Source: Lingula anatina
Taxonomy: Eukaryota; Animalia; Brachiopoda
Assembly (NCBI GenBank): GCA_051362555.1
Contig: CM120642.1
Span: 28,830,001 to 28,894,000 of the forward strand
DNA: 64,000 bases
Reading direction: 5' to 3'
A model generated the notes under the pieces. The model made no database searches. It had not been told where the DNA came from and saw only the letters and a program-made list of their open reading frames with translations. Below, in pieces: positions 22,010 through 33,892 of this stretch. Both the position numbers and the translations under genes were made by a program. Within the stretch, counting starts at the first letter, position 1. Every line of letters starts with the position of its first letter.

Positions 22010-22175
22010 CAGGGGTGGATGCAGAGATATTTTCTGAGTCTTCCAAATTATCTTTGTCGATCCATCTTCCATTTTTGACCGTCTTCCAAAGGAAAAAAGT
22101 AAATACCCACCAATGTAAGCTCGGACCTTCTTCCAGAAGACCCTGAAGACAGTCTAAATCTTTCATCTGCCCCTG
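22010..22175. mobile_element. CAGGGG-type MITE nested in the MULE
   Basis: caggggtggatg...catctgcccctg; inverted homolog of 5560..5726. Confidence 0.65.
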
Positions 22176-23477
22176 TGTTTATATAAATTATGTTAATTAT
22201 ATGTGCAAGGTGCAGACAATTCAATATTATGATTGGGTTAATAGGTATAATTTTTCTTGTAATGTATTTTCAGCAACTTCTCCAGAAGAAAAAAAAGGGT
22301 GCCAGTTTGTCACCATTGAACATGAAAAACAACTAAATGGCTACACTTGTCGGCTGTGGTGTACACATGTGAGTTATGCTACCTAGGAAGCACACATTTC
22401 AATATAAGTTCTAAACTTGTACACCTCTAAAGAGTCCCCAAGGGGATTGTAGGCCAATGAAATAATTTTTAGATTTAAATTTTATTACTTAGCTCCCAAG
22501 CAAGGATTAAACATAATTCAATATGACCAGACCATGTACATAAACACAGAGCAAAAATATAAACGCCCAATGTGAATTTATTAACATTTTATGAACAGCA
22601 CAGACAGTTACCCGTAATGTATTGAACATCAAAATCACTTTTGTGTAGACATATTTGTATATATATATATATACATTAAACCATTGTGTAGGGATTTTCC
22701 TTTTTTCCTGGTATATTAATAGAATCATTATTAATTTTTATTCAGGCAGTGCAGTACCTGTTGGAATATGGCTTGGGCAAATTAACAAAGATGTGCCATC
22801 CAGACTTTTTAATGGGCTAAATGTAGCCATTCTGGTTTTAAGAAATATTGGTATGAATATGGAATTTAATTTTGTTAAAAAAATGATAATGAGAATTATG
22901 ATATTTATTTATTTATTAAGTAAAAGTTGGATGTTAGATTTAAAATACAAAAAATGTAATTCTAGCTTGTATTCATATTTATTTTCAATAATGTATTAAT
23001 ATTTAAATTTATGAATTTAATGCGTTTGATTGCTTTAAAGTTTTTTATGCCCTGAAAAAGCCTTTAAGGATCTCTCAGTTTTTGACACTTAAAATTCCTG
23101 GACTCTTGTAGCTTCCAAAATAGATGGGGTCATGTTTTCCCACCTGTCTGTCTGGAAATGTCACTGTGTTGTCCCTTTGGTTTGATGTTTAATGCTAATA
23201 ACTAATATAGTATCTTTTTCTTGATTTTCAGTTGTTGCAGACAAAAGCCACTTCAAAATAATACCTATCGGCATAAGAGCAGATTAATTTTGTCATAATG
23301 CAACACTTGTGACAGTTTTTTTTTAAATTATACAAGTGCAAAAGGGAATCTTAACTGGCCCAGTGAATATAACTGTGACATGCCGTTATTTAATGCAAAA
23401 ACAATAATGGATCCAGAATAATTCTGTAAGAGACCACTACTACCAAATCCTGGAAATAATTTTACTATTATATACTG

Positions 23478-23513
<36 letters not shown>

Positions 23514-25091
23514 AATATTGAATCAAACTTTTGCATTAACTGTGGGGGGTCCATTACATTTTTTTATTGTTACTATTTCTATAAGGTGCAGATGGGATGC
23601 TGTGTTGAAAATGTTGTCTGGGTGATTGACTTGTTAAAGAGTCATGTGCACTGAATTAGGGGTATAATATGTACTGTACATTATTTATGTCCTTATTTTT
23701 ATATAATTGTGGGAAAATCATTTTTAGATCTGAACAAAACAAGTGAAGTAATGAAAATATTGATATACATGAATACAGTTAAATTGTTATTTAAAATAAA
23801 ATTAATTTTGGGTGGTTCGCAACATTTTTTTCACTTCCAAACCCAAGGTCTCTTTATTACCTGCAGTAAACACACCTTATGCAGTTTATCTAAGAGAAAT
23901 CAATATACTTGTGCAACAGTAACTTAAAATGGTTAACCTACTGATTGTTGTAAAATATATATTAAAAGATGAGGCTCTCCTCTTATCTTATTTTAAATGA
24001 ATGTACATTGTACTGTGTACTAGTAAAGACAAGTGTGAATTTTATTTTAAGAATAGATCACATTAAATGATAAAATGTTGACCAAATATTTATATAATTT
24101 TGTTTATTTACAAGAAAAAGTATTCTACCCAAGAGAACAAATAAGTTCAGATGCTTCCCCCAACTCTGAAGAGATTATCAGAGGTTAGTCATCTGTGAAG
24201 GTCACATGGTTAAGTGGCAAGCACAGATTCCAGAATAATTGCAAGAACCACCATTTTGGTAGTAAAATTGAATTTATTATATTTCTCTGAGTTGTTTACA
24301 AAGTATTCTAAGTGAAATATGAATCTCCTATATAAATGTGTGTATGTAAATAAGTATGTATGCAATATATTCCCTAATTGAGATTTATTAAACTCCCTTT
24401 TATCAACTGCATCTTTTTCTTTATAATTTTTTTAAACCACTTTTTTCTGTGGGTGACATGGTAATGCTAAAAGTACTATAAGTTTTATGAGAATAAATAT
24501 ATTTTTATAATACACTTTTTCAGTTTTTTGCAATTTTTTAGTAACCAAAGACATTGGTTAAAAGTGGGAATTCCTGTGCAAAACTCTCGACCCAATATGT
24601 CTCACAGGTTTAAACTCAGTAGATTATATATCATGCAAAGCTCAGTAAAATAAAAAATACACAGTGAATAAAATATTCACTTCTACGACTTCAGTTACAA
24701 GATTCCTAACAGGAAAAAGAAACAAAAAAATTGAATTAATAAAGAACGAAGGAGTGTTTAATCAAAAAATATCCATAATCCATCCACAAATGTCTTTCAT
24801 ATCGAAACTGTAAATTTATATATATATTTTCTTTTAACATTTGTCTTGGTAAGAATGGATTAATTAAATTGTTAAATTATACTTTGTTGGTGGCAATAAA
24901 TTGGAAAAATAACAGTTATTTTTTTTATATACAGCATTTGCTTTTATTCTTCCTGGGCTAGCATTAAATTCACAAATCGGGGCCAAGAAGCAAGTTATAG
25001 GTTTACCATTATAAACTATATATACGTAGGACAAATCCCACTTTTCTCAACATAGGATTGATACTACTACTTAGAAATAATCCATGCATGT

Positions 25092-25983
25092 CAGGGGTGG
25101 ATCCAGGATTATTTGAAGGGGGATCTGGCTTTTTTGGAATGACAGGTTGCAGATGCAAAGCTTGTGGGGAACCCCCTTAAGACCATCCCGGGGCCCCACA
25201 TAACATAAAATAACTTTTTATGATATAACCCTCAGGGTTTGGGCTCGATGGGCTCACAACTTTGGATAACGCTATCTGCAATACTGCTACAGAGATTCCC
25301 AGATTCCTCGTCTTAAATTCTGCACTCGGAAAAGAATGAAACGACTTCATGTTGTAACTTCAACAGAATATATTTTAATTACTACACTAAAAGTTACATG
25401 ATACAAGTATGACTTCTCTACTCCTCCTCTAGCTATTACTCTCAACATACTACTCTCCTCTACTACCTATTCTACCCCTAACCCCCTATATTAAAATTTA
25501 CAGGGTTTTTATGCTAAACTTTATCATCCATCACCTAGCTTAGAAACTGATTGGTTACTTCATACGCAAGGCCACCTTCGTCCAGGTGGGCATTCCTAAT
25601 AAGACCCTGTAATCTAGTTTTAACAGATTACTGGCTTCGGAACAAAGGACATAAAAATTTGAACTGCAAGGTGTGAAGCATTATCTGAACAACTTGTACA
25701 ACTTGGCTACAACTTGGCTTCCCATGTCTGAATTTTATGTAACAATGGCTTCCTCTGATTGAGTTAATGCAACATCATGTAGGAAAGTTTTCAAAGTACT
25801 AATTACACTTTTTTTCTATATTATGGTTCCTGACAAGCTGACCCTCGTTCCACCTCTATAGGGCGAACAGTGCTATTTATTTTAAAAGAGACCAATGCAT
25901 TGGTGTGATTTTTTGCAGAAATCGAAAGGGGGGTCAAGACCCCTCCCCCACACGCACCCCCCCCCCCCCCCCATCCACCACTA
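25092..25983. mobile_element. CAGGGGTGGATCCAGG-type MITE interrupted by a solo LTR
   Basis: caggggtggatccaggatt...catccaccact; similar to the uninterrupted copy at 57029..57248. Confidence 0.6.
25163..25835. mobile_element. Solo LTR (673 bp)
   Basis: TGT...ACA termini flanked by the 4-bp TSD agct/agct; host MITE sequence tgcaaagc(t)gacc is restored on removal. Confidence 0.75.
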
Positions 25984-26747
25984 CATGTTATTCATTAGAA
26001 ATCGATTAATAAAGTGTAATTATAATCTGTTTAATTTCAATTATCCGTAGATTAATTATCTATGCTCTAAGATGTAATTGACAATTTCAGCTGCAAAAGA
26101 GTGAGAGGGTACTAATTACCCTCAACAATTCTCAATTGGTAGTTTATACAGTATACTCGGCTGATAATGCTGATTGTTTTGCTCATTTATAAATAATATA
26201 ATACACATTTTATGTTATTCATAATGATGTGAGCCCCCCCCCCCCCCCACCTTCTTCAGTTGCCAAAGTCGACACCCTGAAACATGTTATCTGTATTAAA
26301 CATTCATTTTTAAATAATCACGTGAAAATGCTTGTAATTTCATTGTAAATAATAATAAACGCAGGGTCTACGTTAATTTACATAGTGCATACAGTATATA
26401 TCTGTTCCTTCCAACGCGCTGTTTCAACTCATGAGTTATTCTGTTCTCATATTACATGTACAATTCCTTAAAACAACACACACAAGAAAACACGTAAACA
26501 TAATGGTATATTTTAATTGTGACTTGCTGTTAAGTACATAATATCCCTATTTTCTTCATATATTTTCTTGAGCAGTACGTAATTATCCCTATTTTCTTCA
26601 TATATTTTCTTGAGCTTAAAAGGGTCATACGCCGTCATCATTTTGTGAATGGGAATACAGCGCACCAAGTGGTATGTAAAATAACTAGTATTCACACGAA
26701 GCCCTCTATTGGCAAAATCCCCTAGCCCATCTTAGAATATTACTTCC

Positions 26748-27070
26748 GGTGATTGCTTTGGCCAAGGAAGTAGATATCTATTGGCTTTTCTCAGTGTAAG
26801 GCCTTACTCGTCGACTGGCGGTAGGCCTATATGAAGCAGAGTAAGGCTATATAAACTGAAAAATAATTGCTGCGTTTCATAAGTTAAGCTTGCTGCAGTT
26901 TTCGGTCTTACAAAAAACATGCCAAGTAGGCCTTCCGCGCGGTTACCAGGACAAAAAAGTTACGAAGACAAAAAAAGTGAGGCAAATGTTAAAGCTATCA
27001 GCAAGCACGTATAGGCCTATAGTAAGGTTGCTGGGAGTCGGTATTAACCGGGAAAAGAAGGCCTATTTAT
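26748..27070 (-). promoter_or_regulatory. CpG-containing upstream region of GPR107, displaced by the MULE in unit A
   Basis: Nearly identical to 47099..47420, which lies directly upstream of the copy-B ATG; contains ATTGG (CCAAT) and GGAAGT motifs. Function is inferred. Confidence 0.45.
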
Positions 27071-27514
27071 GAAAATGATTTTATCTAAATAAGAAAAAAA
27101 TTAACAAAATCTTTTGTAAAATTCTAATTCGTTGGTATATTCCCCTTTTCTTTCGGTGAATCAAACTCTTTTGTAATAAACGATTACAGTGATAGTCCAA
27201 TGCAACTTTTATCTGATCTGAAAAAAAAGGAAAAAAAAAACACGTACATGCATGCAATGGCTCAAATTACTGGAAAAGGAAAAGCTTGATGTTAACATTG
27301 GTCCGTGGCCACCAAACAAAAGTTGGTCGAAATTTAACTTGACACCAATTTAAGTCTACTTTGACAAGAGATGAATGAATAGAATTATATAGCATGTTTT
27401 GAATCTACAATTACTCATGCGCATTTTTTCCGCATCGAAATTGATCAAATGTTTGTTATAAAGTAAGGACTAACTTTGATAAAAAAATATTGTGACCCCC
27501 CCCCCCCCCCCAAG

Positions 27515-27564
<50 letters not shown>

Positions 27565-28245
27565 CACACACGCCTTGGTCACTGATCTTAGTCATTAATT
27601 GCCCAAAAACATAATAAAGCATCTCGAGTTTCTTTATAAAAACCTTGTCAAAACCTTGTTTAAACCGTCTTAAAAGCCCATCTGCTCTCCCATCCAGGAT
27701 CTTTGTCTCGAATTTTAAATCAATGAAAATTTTGTTTCAAGAGAAAGGAAACAACTGGTTTATTTCTATATATATATTCATATAATTTTACTTTTCAGTT
27801 AATGTAACCCATACGGTTTTTATTTCAAAACATTAAGTATAAATGTTTAACAATACCAGATGCTAACTTTTGTTTTTAAGAGGAATGTATATTGTAACAA
27901 TGACACCACATAAAGTTGGTGATAAAAGAAACGTAAACCAAAAATAAAATTGATCAATCTACTTGATAAGATTAGTATATAAACCGAATAAATAAAACTT
28001 TATGGAATTAATTATGGTGATTAGCAATTAAACGATGAAAATAATTTTAAAATATATAGTATAGGCCTACTTATGTTAAATTATTGTAGCTGACAGATTA
28101 ATCCACGACGTCATGTTTTGTGCATAATAACTATATATATCTTTTGATAACCAACCTTCTAGTTTTTCAATAAATAAAGTATCTTTTCAGCAGCAAAATA
28201 ATTTAGTATATGTGGCGTTGGTAGGGCTAACGCCATATATAACCC

Positions 28246-28831
28246 CTATGCTGGGAGCTGCAGGTTTGTACTCCCGTGTTCGATCATCTTCTCGAACACG
28301 TCGGAAAACTCCGCCATCCACCCGGCGTTATTGGCTGCGAACTCCTCTACAATGTCCTTGGTAGCGGCATAGGGGCACAGGGCTGGGTTCGTAGGGCAAG
28401 TCAGGGTCTGGCCTGTAGTGGCATCTGGGCTGATATCCCTGTACAGAACCATGTCGCTGTTCAACATCATGTGCCCGCGTCCACTTGCGTCGTCTCCGTC
28501 CCATTGGTAAAGGGTTCCTCTTTGCAAACTCGTCTGACTCCAGCTAACACCACCCCCATCAGCCAGCTTAACGAAGTAGTCGTTATCAAAGGAGTCTTTC
28601 CTAGGAACCCACCTGCCCCGGAATCCAGAGTTTTCTCGGTGAGCTTCCCCAAGGGTGTGGGCCCCCAACAGAGCCACCGTTTCTCGAGACGTGAAGCCAA
28701 ATTCACTGGCGAAGAACTGCAGCGTCTTTGTCAGGTTGGCGATACTGGAGGGAAAACTCCTCGCGGCGACTGTAGCTGGGTTACAGTCTGTCCTGCCGTA
28801 GCGGAAAGTGACGCTAGGGGTTGGATTGACA
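28246..28831 (-). pseudogene. 5'-truncated non-animal heme peroxidase (cut by the duplication junction)
   Basis: Encodes only ..NPTPSVTFRYGRTDC..VALLGAHTLG..NLQLPA*; the signal peptide and distal RLAFHD are missing; similarity to 50652..51608 ends abruptly at 28831. Confidence 0.9.
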
Positions 28832-30928
28832 TATTATGTCTTATTATGAGTTGCTACTCCAATATTTAGACGTGTGCTAAATGCCCTAGCTAAGCAATAC
28901 TTGCAATGCTACTTAAATCATCATATTTACTTGCCATAACCATTTTCATTTCAGTGAATGCACTAATCATAGCGTTCATTAATTTTGTCGTGAAAACCAT
29001 TGAAACTGCTTTTGCTTCAATATTTGATGTATCATCAGGTTGATAATAATAATTGTAATTAGGGCTGGAGTCAGATACATCGCAATTCATCACTTTTAAT
29101 TCACTTTATCACAATTAACGGTTTTATAGAATCTCATCTTTTAGAATTAGCTCGTTTTATGCTTCTATTGATGTAAATAATAATCCAAATTTTTTGTTTG
29201 TAAATGCTTTACTTTAACCACTGTAAAGAAACAAATATTCCATTCCTGAATTTTGGTTCAGTTCTGAGCATAATTTAAGAAAGGTGCAAACAGACATGCC
29301 AAAATAAGTTCTGGTAATGCAGGAGCATATGCTGTGATGAATCATAAAAGCAGTGGTCAAGTTTTAAACTAGAAATTTTTTAAGTTAACAAGTACTTCTG
29401 TTAAGAAAATCTTATATTATGATTGAAATTGTACAGAATGTTTAAGGTGCAGATAATGTATGTAATTAAATAATATTTCAAACTTCAAAGTGTTTGTTTC
29501 TGTTGAGGTTGAGAGAACTAAGAATTCTAATATTTGTCAACAATGAACATGCAGTTGTAGCAGACCAGTTCATGTGTGTACCCCAATACTATCTGTGATG
29601 GACCAGGGAAGAAAAATCTGACATTATTTGCTTGCAAACATTTCTTAAAAACTTCAAAAATGAGCATATACTGTCTACACTCCTTTAGAATATAATAAGT
29701 CTCATGGTTGAAAATGCATTCTTATTACTTGAGAGTGCACCACTCATCCCTCCACCCCCCCCCCCCACCCCCATCAACTCTTTTCACAGTAACGACAATG
29801 TCTGACCAAATGGCTTGATGACCAGCGTAAACATCTGACCAACCAAAATAAAAGCTTTCAATCGGTTATAGTTTATTTTACCATATTTATCTAAGAACAA
29901 TCTGTACATTCTGCAAACACCTTGGTGGGACACAAAATATATAAATAAATAAACAAAACAATAGATGGGCAACAGGCAGGGGAACTTGATCTCAACACAT
30001 AGCGTAGACCACCCCCTTCTCTTTATCCAACAAACATATGCCATTCATTTCAAATATGTTGATGACTAACAGGGTGGCAGGAAGCATGGGCTGGTATCTT
30101 AGGGTACATTCCCAGAGATTTAGATCGATCCAGAGATTTAGATTTAGATCTACCTAACTCCTTCGGGGTTCACGCTAAATTGCAGTCAGCCGAGCTTGCA
30201 CCATAGTTAATTAACCCCTTACAGCTTTCAGAAGGCGGGACAGACGCTTAAGCCGGCTAAGCTGACAGTAATCTAGTGAGACTCCCCACAGAGATAGATC
30301 GATCTAAAATCTATGGGAATGGGGTCTTAGAGATGCTGCAAAGGTATTCTCAAACTATTGATATACCCTGAATTTAGCAAGGTACTGTATCTAGACACAC
30401 AGAGACAGGCGTGGAGATGACAGACGTGAGTTTCTAGTTAATTCTGACTCTCAGGATAGAGTAACATGAACAAAGACACCGTTTCAATATAGTTTTGCTA
30501 TTTCAAAGAGAAACAAATAGAGTGGGTAAAACTTGTGGTATGGGAATAACTCTGCCTGAACCTTTCAAGTACAAATTCATTTACACAGACTAATGGCATG
30601 GCTTTGCTGGGACTCCGAAAGAAACCATGTAAAATGCGTTACTTTTACGTAAAACAAAACAAGCTTGTTTATTTTCTGAGAGAAATTAAAATCTGATATA
30701 TCAGTTGCTTCTGATTATGTTAAAATGTCTCCTGTTATGCCATACAAGATTTTTACATTTTTACATACAATGATTCCAACAGCTCTGGGTATCAAGAAAG
30801 AACCATGACAAACAACTATGATTTATGTGTACCTTCAAATATACTCAAAAACAAACAATTCCTTTTATGTCTAATATTTCATGTACTACTACAAGTATCA
30901 CATTTAAACACAGCAAGCCCTCAGTCAG

Positions 30929-30964
<36 letters not shown>

Positions 30965-33084
30965 CCATTCCCTCCTAAGCCTGCCACAATAACACTAAGG
31001 AATAAATAGGTATGAGTTCCGCCACAGATTCTCTGTCACCTGCTGGGTAAAATATGGGACATGATTTCCACTGTCAAACTTGAGAACATTGCTTCCACTT
31101 AATTCTGAACATTCTTTCTTATTGTTAGCAGACTTTCATCCCTAAAAAATAAATAATAAAAAAAAAAGACATCTATTAAATTTAATTAAATTAAATTGTA
31201 TTAAATTAAATTAAATACAATTTTCTTATATATAAAAGTACTATAAAGATTAACTGACTGACATGTTTCCATAAAGACTGATAAACCCATCTTTTACAAC
31301 GCCTTATATACTGGGCTTTTACCATTCCCTCAATTCTTCCAATCAAGTATACATCAAGTGTTAAGTTAACACATCATCCAGCCTGACAGGGATGGTGCTG
31401 CTGCACACAATTTTTACTTTTACTTTTCAACACAATACATATCATCTCAGTCTAGCATCCAATTCTCTGTCAACACTGGGGAATACTGACTAAAACTGCT
31501 GGATATACCATGCTGATTGCCTTTACTAGTCTGGCCTCTCTCTGCTTGGGTTGGGGCCTGTCTTGTGTGACCTCGTGCTCTTCTCTGTCGGAGTGTTTTA
31601 TGTTGACCTTGGTAAGAGTGTCGTACATTCCAGTGTGGGTCAGACTGAAAAAGAGGCACTGTCTTATTCAGAGCACTCTGTGATGTAAAAAAAGAAAAAA
31701 GGGCTCAACTCTTACTTCCTTAAAACTATATATTTCAACTGTAGAAAGTATATGTAATTTGAAATTTAAAAAAAAAAAAAAGAAAAAATCATCCCAAATT
31801 TTATCGTTTCCACAGACATCTTTCCATTAAACATAAACTCATGGTGCTCCTCATCAGAAGTAACTCTTCATTTGGCCTTATACAAATTAAGAATACCACC
31901 CACTTGCAAGTACACTTACCTTCCCCCAACCACCCAAACTAACCCCCCCACCCCCACTCCCTCTAAGAGCTCCATACTCACACTTCCTCCATCTCCAGCT
32001 GTTCCTCGTCCTCCTCTGTTGGCACTTGTAGGTATGGGTTGTTATCAGCTGGCTGGAACTTGTAGCCAGTGATCACAAAGAAGATGAATGTGGCCAACTC
32101 AATGAACAACTCTGAGAACCATGAGTAATGGAATGGTACTAAGATCTTAAAACAGAGAGGAAACATATTAAAATCAATCACCATGGAAAATTTCTTTCTG
32201 ACACCAACTCATGACTAAAAATACAACCACTGCCATAATTGTGAAAATCAACAGATATGTATTGTTGGCAAAAGTAAAACAGTCTACATATCGGGCATTT
32301 ATAATAACTTGAAATGTCATAATAATTTGAAAGTAACCAGCAAAGTACAAGTCCACCAGACCCCAAAGTTCAGAGTGTTACTGTTTAGAGATGAGAACCT
32401 CCCACTGGGTAAAACTCCTTTTTATACCCATTTTCATAAAACAATTTGCCTTAAAATTCCAAAGACTGCCATATATGTAAAATCATACTATTTCTAACTT
32501 TTAACCAAATAACAGCTACCTGAAGAAGTGAACTCTTACCTTTAATAGATATGCAACTATCCTGGTGGAATAAATATAACAGACAACCTGAAAGGTAGAA
32601 TTAAGTGATAAATCAGCATAAAAATTAAATATAAATATTTAAATATAAATAGTTGTAACATCAGTAATAATATGTAAAAACCAAACGTAAAATTTTCAAC
32701 CTCTAATTTCTCTAAATATAACTTGCATGGGAAGAGCTTTTCACGGTTGAATACCTGACTAAATTACAGTAAATTGTCAACTAGCTAATCCTGGATGGGT
32801 ATACTCACAATAATGTAAAAATGCCTAAATAATTTAAGTTTATTTAAATTCGTGGCTGCTTTTCCATCAGTCTGTGAGGCATCATACAGATGACAAATAT
32901 TCGTGACTGCTTTTCTATCAGTCTGTGAGGCATCATGCAGATGACGAATTGACCTAGAAATGAAATGTGAGCGTCTTTTAAAAGGTGCACACAGAGACCA
33001 TGTGATCCATATCATGTGTGATTTTAAAAATTGTATTGTATTACAAAACATGGAGAGAGAGAGAGAGAGAGAGAGATCAACTTA

Positions 33085-33261
<177 letters not shown>

Positions 33262-33616
33262 TCATTTATGGAAAATGATGACTGTACAATACTGAGCATA
33301 GTTAAAGAGACAGTAGGAGGGAATTTTTTTTGTCTTGGAAATCAGAATTTTCTTATTAGATAGCCTATACCATTGGATTTATCATCTTTTTCTCGTGACA
33401 TAATCAGTACCCCCTGCTCATATTTGTTTCTTTCATTTTTTTGTGTGTGAAGCTCTAAAGAATAAGATATACATCCTATCAGTTAAAGAAAAAAAATAGA
33501 TTTCTGAAATGTAAATTAAGAGTCCACCAGAGTTTGGGGTTTGATATTGGTGACATTGAAAACAGCACTAAAAATTGTTAAGGACCCTTGGAAAACCCCT
33601 GCAGGTTGTAGACTTA

Positions 33617-33892
<276 letters not shown>

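Larger units (their letters stand above)
20562..26747. mobile_element. 6.2-kb non-autonomous Mutator-like (MULE) element
   Basis: ~130-bp TIRs (ggaagtaatattctaagatgggctagggg... / ...cccctagcccatcttagaatattacttcc); 9-bp TSD ggtgattgc at 20553..20561 and 26748..26756; empty site at ~47099 in unit B; no transposase ORF. Confidence 0.85.

Noticed and set aside
26541-26613. Two 33-bp direct repeats with a short spacer (CRISPR-like look)
   Set aside because: Only two units, eukaryotic context, no cas genes; a simple tandem duplication inside the MULE.
28276-28869. 197-aa plus-strand ORF (also 50664..51074 and 54100..54492)
   Set aside because: Antisense shadows of the GC-rich peroxidase CDS.
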